From contig NC_087247.1 in assembly GCF_037042905.1 (NCBI RefSeq), positions 6,572,001 to 6,636,000 of the forward strand: 64,000 nt of DNA, in the 5' to 3' direction. Below the pieces are notes generated by a model. That model was not told the DNA's origin and did no database searches. It saw nothing but the letters and a program-made list of their open reading frames with translations. Shown piece by piece: positions 41,544 through 54,803 of this stretch (position 1 is its first letter; the number at the start of each line of letters is the position of its first letter). A program made the translations under genes and the position numbers. This DNA is from Lytechinus pictus (lineage: Eukaryota).

Positions 41544-42416
41544 CGGAGGGGGGAGGGGGGGGGGGCACTTCCATTGACTAGTGGATCCCATGCGCGACAA
41601 TAGCATTGGCAAACCAACTCCTTGGGCAAACTATATTCTCTGGATTATTATTAGGCCTATGTCACGGAGAACAGTCCTCGGTTTTAGATTTTACCTACAT
41701 AGGTCGCGGCCCCACCTCCCAAACCTCCTGCACATGTATGCACATTTGACTAAATGGTTTTGAAAACCAACGCCCGAGTCCACGGTTAAGGCAGATTTCC
41801 AGTATAAATTACGCTTAATTTAGCGCGTATCGGGCGCGTGTATGAAAAATGTCCAATCCTGATGCGCGCTTTTGTCACAGTGCGCCAAGTTGACGCCTGT
41901 TGCCGTGGTTATCAACGCTATTTTATTCATGAGTCCACTGTTTTTATTCATGAGTCCACTCTTCAAACAGTGTACTCATGAATAAAATAGCGTATATAAC
42001 CATGGTAAGAGGCTAGCGCGTATCGGGTGCGTGTATAAAACATGTCCAATGCTGATGCAATTAAGCGTAATTTATACAGGAAATCAGCATAAACCATGGA
42101 CTCAACTGTGGGTTTTCAAAACCAAATTTGTGAATTCGGGCCGTAATGTTGACTGTTCGGGCAAAAGTACATCCATCATAATATTTTAGTCTTTTTTACA
42201 TCCTCGCAAATTTGACCCTAAACACGTAGGCTTGACTTTCCTATCGTAATAGATAACATTTTGTTTTTATCATTATTCACTGTTTTCGACACCCTTTTGT
42301 ATGTAACGGGCTCTACCTTGAAAAATACATAATTTTACTTGTTCTGTTATTGTTGAGTCTGGTCGCGCGCTGTATCCACTCGTCAATACATGTGCCACCC
42401 CCCCCCTCCCCGCGGG
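41544..42416. mobile_element. TIR element with poly-G/C termini containing a nested foldback MITE (~41756-42124)
   Basis: Outer arms GGGGCACTTCCATTGACTAGTGGATCCCATGCGCGAC / GTCGCGCGCTGTATCCACTCGTCAATACATGTGCC. Inner arms TGGTTTTGAAAACC... / ...GGTTTTCAAAACCA pair over >150 bp. Confidence 0.65.
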
Positions 42417-42427
42417 AAGTCATTTAA

Positions 42428-43010
42428 AGGAGAATGAATCCCTTGAAACCAGCTGAATCCATATCAAAGAGAAAAATCAAAGAAACATATTGTTGAAAGT
42501 TTGAGGAAGATTGAATGAATAATAAGAAAGTTATGAGCATTTGAATATTGAGATCACTATGCCATGTAGTTCCTTCTGTTGGCAATGCGACCAAGATCTG
42601 TGAAGTCATACACGTACAACTCCCTCATTACTCTAGTACTTATTTCACTTATATTCTCACTTTTATAGAGTCTATCACAAGGTGAGGTTTTTTTCTTATG
42701 AGAGGACAAGTACAGAGGTTTCACAACATTATATCATTGATGAATCGTTTGTCATTATGATTAGAATGAGCAAAAGAGATGTTTTGGGTATATTTTCAGT
42801 GTCCAAAAGGGGAGAGTTGTTCATCTGTGACATCATAGATCTTGGTCGCATCGCCAATGGGAGGATCTCCATAGCATTAGTGATCTCGACATTCAAATGC
42901 TCATAACTCTTCTATTGCTAGTCCTATTTTACTCAAACTTTTGTTGATCTGATTCTTTGATTTTTGTTGCTTTCACAAAAGCTAACTTGCTCCAAGAGTT
43001 TCATTCTCCT
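42428..43010. mobile_element. Kolobok-like non-autonomous element
   Basis: TTAA|AGGAGAATGAA ... TTCATTCTCCT|TTAA. A diverged relative lies at ~43310-43885. Confidence 0.8.
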
Positions 43011-44966
43011 TTAAGTTCAAACAGACAAAAGAGCTGTGTTTGAAGCTCCTTTAGCTCATCAAGAGGCAAAATTTTGAAATACAAAAATATTAAAGGTCCT
43101 TTATTCTTGGAATAATCCTACTTGGACTACATGTACTACAAACTGGAATAGGTAATAATGAAGGATAAGTCGTACTCGCCCTATACTCGTTCGTCATTAC
43201 AACTAACTTAGGTTATAGGGGAGGTCTGATGTGACACTCATGTTATCATTGTCATCATCATTACGCCCTGTCATCATTATCACCACCACCATTATTATAG
43301 GACATGTTCAAGGAAAATGAAACCTTTGAAACAAGTTAACATGTGTTAAAAACAATAATAAAAGAAACAGATCAAAAAAAGTTCGAGAAAAATTGAATAA
43401 ATAATAAGAAAAGTTTTTTAGAATTTGAAGTTAAGATCATTATCAGAATGTAGAACCTCCAGTTGGCAATGCGACAAAGATGTGTGATGTCACTTGTGAA
43501 CAACTTTCCCATTACTTTTATGTATATTTCACTTAAACTACCTCTTTTATGACATATGTCAGTAGATCATGTATTCTTTCTATAAGAGGGCATGTAATAC
43601 AGATTTTTGAAGAAAACATTATGGATAAAGAGTTTGTATCACTATAAAAAAGAGCAAAAAGAGACATTTTAGGGGTCTTTTATAGTCCCTCACAGGGAAA
43701 GTTGTTCACATGTGACGTCACACATCTTTGTCGTATTGCCAATGTGAGGATCTCCATAGCATTAGTGGATATTCAAATGCTCATAACTCTCTCATTATTT
43801 GTCTGATTTTTCTAAAAATTTTAAATCTTATTCTTTGATTTTTCTCTTTTCACAGAAGCCCACTTATTCCAAAAGTTTCATTTACCGCTACCTTTAGCGG
43901 GGACAAATCCAATCCTTGTATACATTTTGTAACATGTTTTGTAAAGCTATAGGTCAAAATCATATACAGATACAGAGGTTTACCCGGAGGCTGAGGCTAT
44001 TATGTAGCATTTGGTGATACCTCAAAGTGATGCTATTTCGTGTAATTTATGGGTATGAAAATAGTTCAATTTGTGCTATTTTAGACACCCTGGGTGAAAT
44101 GAGACTGCCGGGGAGAAATGTGTCAGACATTTGCAAATTGAGGATCTACGAGATCTTTGTAGTATACCTGATATTTTACTTACAACTTGTAAAATAGAAA
44201 AATGGCATGGCTTTTGAATGAAGTGCAGCATTTAATGTTAATACAAATGCAACTTTTTTATACGTTGTGTAATCTGCATTGTTTAGAATATGAGGTGACG
44301 CTAGTATAGCTTTTTCTTAAAAGACCAAACGAATAACAATATAAATTGAAGCTGTACCTTAAGATTACATTCTAATTCAGTTCTACACTGTAAGATTTGT
44401 TGAAAGTTATATGGATTTGACGATATCGAGATAAGCTCAATCAATGTATTGATCTGAGCTCCAAAAGAAATTCTTATATATGTATGCAAATTCTCGACAA
44501 CTCTGTTAACTTCAAAGCTTGATCATGAAGAAACAATCAAGCAAAAACAAGCACAAAATCCCATTAAGATAGGCCTATTGTAATTGTGTGCAAAATTTGT
44601 TGAAAAAGACATAGATTTCATTTAACTGTGGAACGTTTAAAGAAAAATTGGTTACAGCAAAACGATTTGAATATAACTAAGACTATAAGGCCTACATAAT
44701 TATTTTTGTGAAGGTAGAGTAAGCAAGTGTCATCAAAGTGAACAAGTAACCAATTATGATAAATTTATAATGACATTGATATTAATGAAGAACTGTTTTG
44801 CACGTCACAACAAAACTGCATGGTGAGAGAGAGAAAGAACAAATTCAGGTTATGTCTCCAACGTCAACGATAATATGTACACGTCATGATCATGAATGTG
44901 TTATGAGTACATAATTTATGCTACAAGCTCAGACCCGGTCGCCTCTCAAACGTTCTAGTTATGATA

Positions 44967-46079
44967 CAGGCCCATAACAAGGGTTGAGGTTCCTGTGTTC
45001 CAGGCCCGCGGAACCCGGCCGCTTGCCGACATCTAAGAAAAAGAAAATGGGAAAAAAAGGAGTAAACGAAAAGGGGAATAGAAAAAGATAAAAAGTGATA
45101 AGAAGAATCAACGATTTAAAGGTTGTATTGAAAGTTAACGTTTATTTTAAAAATTCTGCTCGTACATCTGTCACGCTCGCATTAGTTGTTAATTGGGTTA
45201 CACATGTGTTCTTAAAATGTTTTTCATTTTGTTTTTCAATCAGAATATAAAATAATTTTGGCTCGCGATCTATGTTAGTGCCATTAATTTAGTGAAGAAA
45301 AACATTTTATTCATTATTACAGAAGGACATAGTAATGTCCCAGTTTGGGGTCTAAATGTAAAAGAAAAAAAGACTCGCGCTTTGCAATCGCATAAATTAT
45401 TGTTCAGACATCAATCATAATATGGGTTAATATGTCCGGTTTTCAGGTCAGAAAAAAGGTCCTCTTTAATAATTCAACCAGAAACCCGTCCTGTTGATGA
45501 AAATGTCCAGTTTCTAGTCATGAAATCAATAAAATTCAGCTAGTTGTTCGCCCTCATATCAGTTTTAGATAATTCCCTATTATGGAGTACAATAATGGTT
45601 TATAATAGCCAGTCTTGTAGTCGGAAAATCCAAAACCTACTCCAAACCGTCAGTAAGACGTCCCTTTATAGTTTAAGCTCGAGCTTGGCGCTCGTTATTA
45701 TTTAGGTTGATACGCATCTTCTTCATAATTATAACAAGTGCTCAAAAAAGTTCTTGTTAGTTGATATACGTCAATATATAGTCCGGGATATAGTCACAAA
45801 CTTTTAGCTCGAGTTTCGCGCTCGCATTTAGTCATTATTATATCATACACATGTTTGTCATAACAAAGCTATTATAAGATGTAGTTTGAAAATCTTTAGT
45901 TAAGAATTACTCCCTTAAAATGATATTTTAAAAAAGGGGGAAAAAAGCGGGTGAAAATTCTTTTCCAGCTCTGTTCCTATTTACAAAAGCTGGATCAACA
46001 CCTGGGTATGCAAGTTATCATAAAAATGTACCCTTTTTTAATTCAGAACCTCCCACATGAATTCCTTGTTACGGGCCTG
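44967..46079. mobile_element. hAT-like non-autonomous element
   Basis: TIRs CAGGCCCATAACAAGG / CCTTGTTACGGGCCTG and internal GCTCGC-type repeats. No clear TSD. Confidence 0.5.
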
Positions 46080-46439
46080 CAAATGTGGTGCACACATGCG
46101 ATATCGTTGAAAACGAAGACAAGAAATTATTAATATAAAAGCGTTAACAAAATGTTACTCTGCGACTTCAGTGGCAGATCTGGGGGAAGGGTTGGTGGAA
46201 TGAAAATAGACAGAAATACGGAAAGAGCGGAGAAAATGTGTTGTGCATAAAATTTCATAAGAAAGGTAATTTATTCGATTGGATTCTTTAACAACAACCA
46301 AAAAATTACTTTTTTTCTTTCCAGGGCTCTTTTTGGAGAAACTTAAAAATTTTCCAGGGCTACTTTTTCATTTTCCAGGGCTCTTTTTCCACTTTCCAGG
46401 GCTACAATTTCTGGAGCTATTTCGTGGCTTTTTTGCGTT

Positions 46440-46473
<34 letters not shown>

Positions 46474-48894
46474 CACGGTAGCTAGCATATACCAGGGAAG
46501 TATAACACTTCCCTGGTTTGACCTTCGCATTGTTTCTTCGAAGTGTTTTAGTGTTGTGATGATAGATTGATTTTGATGCTTGAACGATATCTGAGTTGAT
46601 TCATGGACCTAATACAGACCTATTCAGATTAAATCATGGAGGTAGAACCTCCATGAATTAATCCAAGTTTGAATGTTTGATACTTGGTTGACGTGAGCTT
46701 TGCGTGTTTACTATTTAGTGTTATAGCTAGCCCATTTGCCAAATTAATCTAGAAAGATCTGTATTCGTGTCTAAAGACAATGTAAAAGAAAGAAAGTTCT
46801 GAATTTGTACAATTCTGAGGTAATTTATTTTATCATACAATACAGGTACCTGCAAATTTTATGAAGTTGAACAAATATCCTTCGTACATATTTGACTGAA
46901 AGTTATTTAAATGACACTTTTTAAAAAAGACTTAAAATTATTCATACAAAATAATGATATATGTCATAAAGGTCATTAGTTACACAGATTCATGACAAAA
47001 AGGCCTACCAGAACCAAAACTTGCAATTTCCATCATCCATCATGAATGCCTAGCCTTGCACGGCCTCTAATTGAAATGAACTTATCCACGTCTTTGCAAA
47101 TTTTACCTGACCTAATTTCTCCACACAGTGAGAGAGGCCATGTGGCAGCCAAACCAAAACAGAATGAAAAGGGCGGCAATCTCGTACCCCCCCCCCCCTC
47201 CACCACCACCACAAGAATATCAGATTTCCAAACATGTGCTTCTCAAGATTGTGCAATACATGACGGAGACAAAGAAAGTTATGTAAACAAATTGCCGAGG
47301 GTTGATGTCCCTGAATTAAGGGGCTAGTCTACATTTTCAGTCACTTAAGAAAATGGCGAACTGGCCAAAGGTGAAATACATCATTGAGAAAAAAATGAAT
47401 GTTTGGATTAAAATAACGAAGATTAAATGAAATATGACTGAAAAATATCCATAGTTGAATCTCTACTTTTATTACTGACAGAACAATAACATCATTTTTT
47501 TATTAACTTCTTGCCAATATTCCAATAAGGCAAGACTCCCATTTAAGACTAGCAAGCAAACGTTATCAATGGGATTTGGAATGAAAGAAAAAAAATCAAA
47601 GCGTGATTTTTTTTAAAGGGATAGACAAGACTCTTGTTTTGAACAGAGATATAAAAATATTTAAAAACAAACAAGAGGTGATAAACACTTTATTAAAATT
47701 ATAATGAAGTTCGTAGTGAATTACAACTTGTAAAAGGAGAAATTAACAAGAATAATAGGGAAATAAAGTTTGGAAGAAAAGAAGGAATGAGGAGAGACAA
47801 GCTTTGGGGGGAAGGATCAAGATGGGTGGCTGCAGCTCGACATATAAGTTAGAGTGTACATAAATGGGAGGGGGAACAATCATCTATCAAGTCGCCCAAA
47901 ATCTTACACCTTCACCAAACTTCTCACACAATCCACACACAAATCCCAGTTCATGATACCATGGACCTAGTAGGTCCATGATGATACAATCACAAGTGTC
48001 GCTCAACACATGACACATGCGCACGTGGTCTCTACTGGCATTTTACAGTCACACACACAGAAATACACACTACACACAATGCACACGATGCATCCCCATA
48101 CCACATGCAGTCACACTGAGCCTAAAGCACACAAGCAGAGAAACGTTCTGCTCGAAGTATATGACTCTGGCATTGAGGATCGGGTAGACTCGATTACCCG
48201 GCGCTGGCTCCGATCCCAAGCCTAGTTGACGGGGGCGATTATGAGTTTTGCAGTCGCCCTCGTGTGAATGTTTTTAGCCCTTTTCCGGGGCTATTTTTGG
48301 ACTTTCCGGGGCGAATTCGCCCGCCGCCCCCGTGTATTTTTTTGGTTGATTAACAACATACTTATATCACTTTTGACGATACTTATAAGTTTGCTTATTG
48401 TAATAACGTTCATTCTATTTGGTCTAATGAAGGCCACCGATATTATGAGCGAAAGCTCTATTATTTGAATAAAGATAAACATTAATTGAAAAAGTTTTGT
48501 CTCACTTATGTCTTGATCGTGAATCTGTCCATTTATTTAAAAAAAACAACAGCAAGAAATTTATTATGTTTCATATTCACAACTCAACAGCGTTTGGTAT
48601 AGAAGTAAACTTATCACACTATAGAGGGAGAGAAAGAGAAAGAGAGAGGGAGTGGGAGAGGGAGTGGGGGCATGAGAGGGGGGGAGAGAGATTGGAAATG
48701 TTCTGCTCGGAGTCGAAGAGAAATAGAAACTCCGTGATGAAAGTCTTTCACGAATTTTCACCCATATATAGGGCTTTGTCAAGTGATATTGATTAAGATC
48801 CACTTTGAAAATGCGTCATGACCATAAACAGTAAAGTGCACACTCTCTCAAGGAGCGCCCTTGATGTTAGGCGCATCCAAGAGAGGGGTACTCT

Positions 48895-49200
48895 TACGTA
48901 ACAAAGAAAGGGAAGGAGGCGAGGAAAAAAAGGAGAGGGGATCAGAGAATAAACGAAATAAATGAAAAGAAAAGGAAAAACGGGAAAGCAGAAACATGAG
49001 GGAAAGAGAAGAACAGAAAATTACTTAATAGAGAGAGGGGGGGAAGGAGAGGGGGAAATAGAGAAGAGAAAGAGAGAGATAGAAGAGAGAGAGGTAGGAG
49101 ACACAGAGAAGGGGTGAAATAGAAATAGAAATAGAAAAACAAAAAGAATAAAAGAAAAGAGAGACAAATATAGGGGCGGAGTGAAAGAAAGAAAATTATA
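48895..49200. repeat. Purine-rich low-complexity tract
   Basis: GA/GAAA-rich sequence. A similar tract lies at ~58980-59330. Confidence 0.85.
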
Positions 49201-52200
49201 TCTCAATAAATAGAGTAAAATTCACGTAGCAAAATGCTAAAAAATTAATCAAAATCGGAAAACAAATAACAAAGTTATTGAATTTTAAAGATTTGCATTA
49301 TTCAGGTTGAACAGTTTTAGGGATGTCTTTATGAATATTCATTAAGTGGGCTAATGGTGTCATATCCCCATTTAATTTTTCTACCAAGAACTAAAACAGT
49401 TTGATTGACAACTGATTAAGAGCGTTAGTTATTAATTGCCGCAACCTATTTCATCATAATAGAAACACATCATTGACATTATGAAAAAAATGAAACAAGA
49501 ATGATTTCATGAAATAACGTAAGAAAAAAAGGAAAATGCGGAGGTGACACCATCAGCCCTCCTAATGAATATTCATGATGCTGTGCATCTAACGGTTTTC
49601 ACGAAATATTGATAAAGCTTATAATTCAATAACTTTGTTAATTTTTTATCAGATTTTTATGAATTTTCAGCATTTTGCTCTTTGAATTTTACTCTATTTA
49701 GATATAATTTTTTAATAGCCCGAACCATCCCTTAATTAATAACCAAAATGTACCGGCATATTGCTATATAACTGCGCATTATGGTAATAAATAAAATCCT
49801 GTCAGGCATGGGTGCACTATCGGCACATATTTGATAACAAATTTCGTTCATTTCAATGTAACATAACACTGGGGGGGGGGGATTGAAATCATCAGAAAAG
49901 ATTTTTTTTTTTTTTTTTTTTTTTGGGGGGGGCATATAGGTCGTCTGATACATGTGTATAGTAACCGACAAGAATGGTGGAACTCAATTGCTAATCAAGA
50001 ACACGGTTGTCGAAAACATTGGGCACAGTCCTGTCACCCGAAAGATTATAATTTCTTCCCTAACAGGCAACAATAAAAATAAATAAAACATTTCAACTCC
50101 GCATCTATTACACCAGCACATCGATAGATAACTTCGGCTGCCCCGTCTACTCATCTTTTTTTTTTTTCTTTTAATCTTTCCTTTGAGTTTTGCCTTGATT
50201 ATAGTTTCCTTTTGTTTTCACCTTTTTACTTTCTTATTTTTCAATTCCTTCTTTATCCTTTCTCTTCTTCTTTTGGCCTGTTTAATTCTATTGACGTGAT
50301 TGAGGGATAGACTATACAAACTTTCATACTTTTCCCATTCTAATCTATAAAATGTTGATAGTGCTTTGAGGCTCCGCGATTTATGTTTCTGCCTCCCTTC
50401 TCTCATTTTTATTTCCCTTATCCCTTTGCTTTTGCCCCTTCCTCCCCCTCCCCCTTCTCTCTCTCTCTCTTTCTTTTTTAGAGGGGAGTTGGGGTCCGCG
50501 TCCCGGTTTTGGCAATATCAGTGACCGTGGGGCAGGCAGGTCTTGTACACTTAAATGTCACAGAGGGCGCTAGACCAGTTGAAGCAGAGTTGAAGCAAGT
50601 TCAAGCGGGACATTTTAGCACTTTTTAATCTAGAACCGCTCACGATTTTGCCGCCCTCTATACGCGTCACGTAACTAGGTTGCAATTACAAAGGATCAAA
50701 GACGGCGATGTCAACAAGTGTAAGTAAACTCTCTTCTACTTTTATTACTTCATATAATTTATTCATCATTTTGTAACCATTACTATCCATTTTTTGCCAA
50801 ACGTTGCCAACCAATATTGTTACCCATGTACAGGACTACAGCAGTCGTGACCTCAGATTCTAAACATAACTAGCAGTTTGGCGCATTTTTATAGTTGCCT
50901 TTTCCCTCGGTACGTAGGAGCCTATACATCACAATGCCAGGCGTTAGGGGAGCTCGGAGTGACCATACGTACAGTATATTACTTTCACTCCCCAGACGCC
51001 TCCAGGCTACTCTTGACCCAGAATTAAATTATGAGGAAAAAAGTACTAAAGTAACTTTTGTGGACATCAAAAATAAATTCATGACTAATTTAAGTCCAAT
51101 TTTGGGTGAGCATGATAGGAACCATTCACTGACACAGCAAGCTGAGAAGCGAGATCATCACTGACAGTGACACAATCACTGATTAAATTCAAGATACAAA
51201 ATAGACTAGACCAAAAGCTTCGGTCTCTGTTATGTTGGTTGTTCCGCTGAACTACGTTGGCTCCACTCACCAAATAGACCGAAGTTAAACCGTCGTCTGT
51301 ACAGGGGCTCAATGGCCACCGCTAATTTCTTGTTTTTTCTACCGCGATATTTTCCACCAAAAGTTCATACATATGCACCTATAGCTGAAAATGTATAAGT
51401 AACGACAGTTTCTTACCCTAAATTCCCGCTATAAAACTGGCAATCAGGGGATTAACTCTGAAAGTTGACACTTGCGACTCGGACTAGTGGGCAGTGGCCG
51501 ACGAAAGTCAGACTCCGCCCCATGACCTTTACGTCACACATTACAGAAGGGGAAAAGAAAGGAGCAGTTAAAGAAACAAAAGAAAAAAGGGGAAATAAAA
51601 AATAAAAATAAAAGTAAAACAAAAAAAGAGAGAAAACGAAAGAGAAAGAGATAAAGGAAAAGGGAAAAAAACCGTCTAGAATTTTAGTATTCATAAACCC
51701 GACGTAAAAGAGATGATCTGATTGGTTAATGGTTTTGATACGCAGTTGACCCGGAAGTTCTTCCAACGGCATATGTTTGTGTGTTATATCGACTTCGGAT
51801 GAACGAGTGAACTAGGAGCTACACGACAGCCGAGGTAAGTCGCTGTTTTTTTCCTTTTAACTTTATTTTTTCCCTTGTTTTTGGCAATTAATGCCAAGAG
51901 GGAATATTATTATTAATTCGCATTTTTGTCCATTTATTTTCATATAGGCCCTATATTTATGAAATAAAGACAAAAATCGATGAGCCCCGTCGGGGGGAAT
52001 TTGCATTGTACCTCCCCTAATGGCGGCGACACGCTAGCGAGCCGTCTGTGTATGAGGAGAAATTTAAAAAGTAAAAAAATGTTGAAAAACTCCTCGAAAC
52101 AGACGGCTGCCAGCTGTCTAAAAATAGACTGACGTTTATGTTAATACGTGGGACTGAACAAAAGTTAATGAGTAGGAAAGTAGACACAAAACAAAATATC

Positions 52201-52592
52201 GGTTACTAGATTTCTACGTGAATACCATGATGTTACCTCTATCTTTCTGCCATTCCATAGATTAGCTATTTGAAGAAAAAAAATACTTACCGTACCGGTA
52301 GTCGGTACGTACCTCCACTGAGTCCACTCTACTCTTGCCCCGGGAACCTCGACACGACGTCTTTAGACAGTGTCGAGGTCCTGAACGCTCCCACTCGCTC
52401 TCACCGGAGTGCACTGATGCACTAGATTAATCGCTAAATTACAAAAACATGGATGATAAAACGAAACCAAAAATACGACAGTTAGGACTGACCTTACCTA
52501 AACAAACTGAGTTCAAGATACGTTCTCCTTAAAATTACGAAAATTCGATGGAATCGTACAATAGAGGATCAATTTTCGGATTTCGTACGAAT

Positions 52593-54257
52593 AGACCTTA
52601 TCGCAAATAGCGTCTGTCGCGTGAGAGGGCGTCTGTCATCGCAGAGGATCACGGGATGCGAAAGGGGGCAAACGCGGAATCGGCTTTCGGGAAGCCATAC
52701 AACGCCATATGTTTTGTGTAGTGTCACTCAAAATCCAACCTTTTTTTAAAGTCTGATTTCTTCGTATCTAAATTATTTTGGATACTTGAATGTGGATTTA
52801 TATAACAATCTTTGTATCATGATTGCCCAGTGAAAGTATGAACTCAATACTCACCGTATTTTCGAAGTTTTCTGGGGCTAAACTTGGGAAGATTTTGTGG
52901 GAAAAGTGAGACGGTGATCGTGGGTCACTGCCGATCGACTTTAGAAAAGAGCACATCGGCGATCCAAATTAGATAGCATATTTTTTCATTAAAGAATATT
53001 CATGAGAATCATAATGTAGACCATATATCTTCAAATAAATTTAGCTAGTTTTTGTTATTTTGGGGAAATATAGTCCTTTTTTGCAACTCGGGCTGTTTAG
53101 TTTGATCATTCAAGTTTTATATAGGGGGTGCATGATCGAGACAAATTTAAAGCCCAAAATACGCTAGTGTATATATATATATATATATATACATGTATAT
53201 ACATAATATTAAGGACATATAAAATAATAGGCCTAAATGACATGCAGAATAAAGATTAAATAAATCACTGACTATAAAACGTTTTATGATCCCGTATAGG
53301 CCCTATCCGGCCTCTCTGTAATCTTATTTTGTCTGAAACTTAGCAGATGATGGATATTTAATTCACATAAATGATATATATATATTCCATTCTTTTGATA
53401 AAAATCTTATTTCAACATTTACATCTTCAATTAAGTTCATCGCATTCAGTCACTTCTCTTTCAAATCACATTAATTTCTTTTTTGCTTATTTTTCTCTCA
53501 ATATACTTTCATCTATTCTCATTTGTTTCGATTTCATTCATTATTTTGTCTATGCATGCCACTAATAAAACTTCTGAATGTCCGACCACGATAATATGAA
53601 ATAATATTATGTAGCCTATCTGTGGAGAGAAAAAGAAAACACAGCTCATTTTATACTAGGCCTACTCTGAATAAAATCATGATTGAGATAATTATTTATG
53701 AAACATGTATTCTTGACTATCGATTGATATTACAAAAATATAAAACTAGAATAAAGTAATCAAATCTACTGCAGAGTTTGTTTCATTGATCATCATTTTA
53801 TTATTGCTTGGAATTCCGGGAGCAGTTTCCTCCACTGCCTCGCCGACGTACCCCTGGGCCGAGAGTGCATGCCCGCTGTACGTGCATACAAGCACACTTT
53901 GCACAGCAGCTGCACAGCTCAAAATACGCACAGACAGTGCGCGAAAATGAAAGAAAATTGCACTTGTCTTCATGAAATCTGTGGTAATTCTTGCAGCTAT
54001 AGACAGCACATCTATCTCTGCCACCCATGATTAAGAAGAAAAGTGATGTTAGACTCTGGAACAAATATGACGAGGCGTTTACTGGAAGTTAGCAAAATGT
54101 TGGCTGCGGGCGTCTAACGTATTTTGATACACTATGGAAATCGTACACTTTATTGTCGGCTGCTTGCGCTCGCATGGTCGCATCCGGACAACAGCGGCGC
54201 TATTGCCCCCTTTGCGATCCCATGATCCTTTGCGTGAATCTATTTGCGATAAGGTCT
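52593..54257. mobile_element. ISL2EU-like (PHIS group) non-autonomous element with THAP-like remnant
   Basis: TIR AGACCTTATCGCAAATAG / CTATTTGCGATAAGGTCT flanked by AT on both sides, with further subterminal inverted similarity. Minus-strand MGGRDRCAVYSCKNYHRF near 54029 resembles a THAP N-terminus. Confidence 0.7.
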
Positions 54258-54259
54258 AT

Positions 54260-54345
54260 CGCCATGTTGAATTAAATGAAAAACATGTATGCGCATGCGC
54301 AACATGAATATTTATAAGATGTCGTCACTGTTAAGGTTAATGAAT
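54260..54345. promoter_or_regulatory. Promoter-like motifs upstream of helicase exon
   Basis: CGCCATGTT (YY1-like, reverse) at ~54260 and GCGCATGCGC (NRF1-like palindrome) at 54291-54300. A TGACGTCA (CRE) lies at ~54617, just before the ATG. Confidence 0.45.
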
Positions 54346-54647
54346 ATGCATTACAAGAAGAGATAAGAAAACTTCGGTCGAATCACGAACTTGCTTTTCA
54401 AATAAATCGCGATTTAGGTATTTCAGTAATGGATATCAATCTTGCTTGCATTTAACATAGAAAAAAAAACATTATTTAAAGAAGAATTCATTTCATTAAA
54501 ATTATATTTATCCCAATCTGTATATTATGAACAAACATGACTGCGTTTACAAAATACATTTTTTTTTAAATTAGAGATGTAATAAGTTAGAATCAAGGTC
54601 AATATTGAGTCGACATTGACGTCAGAAACGTAGTTCGCGTTGCAAAT

Positions 54648-54803
54648 ATGGAGGAACTTGAAGAAGAATTTGCAATAAAATTAAAGGTGCCTCAAAAACA
54701 GGCCCTGGAAGAGGCCCAGATAGGAAACGACAGTCTCGTGATTCTCCCAACGGGTTACGGAAAGAGCACGTGCTTTGCCCTCCATCACAAACTAATGGAG
54801 AAA
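54648..54803 (+). CDS. First exon of RecQ-like superfamily II helicase (orphan; AcademH-type)
   Basis: MEELEEEFAIKLKVPQKQALEEAQIGNDSLVILPTGYGKSTCF contains the Q motif and Walker A (LPTGYGKS), followed by donor GTAATA. No downstream exon was found. Confidence 0.7.
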
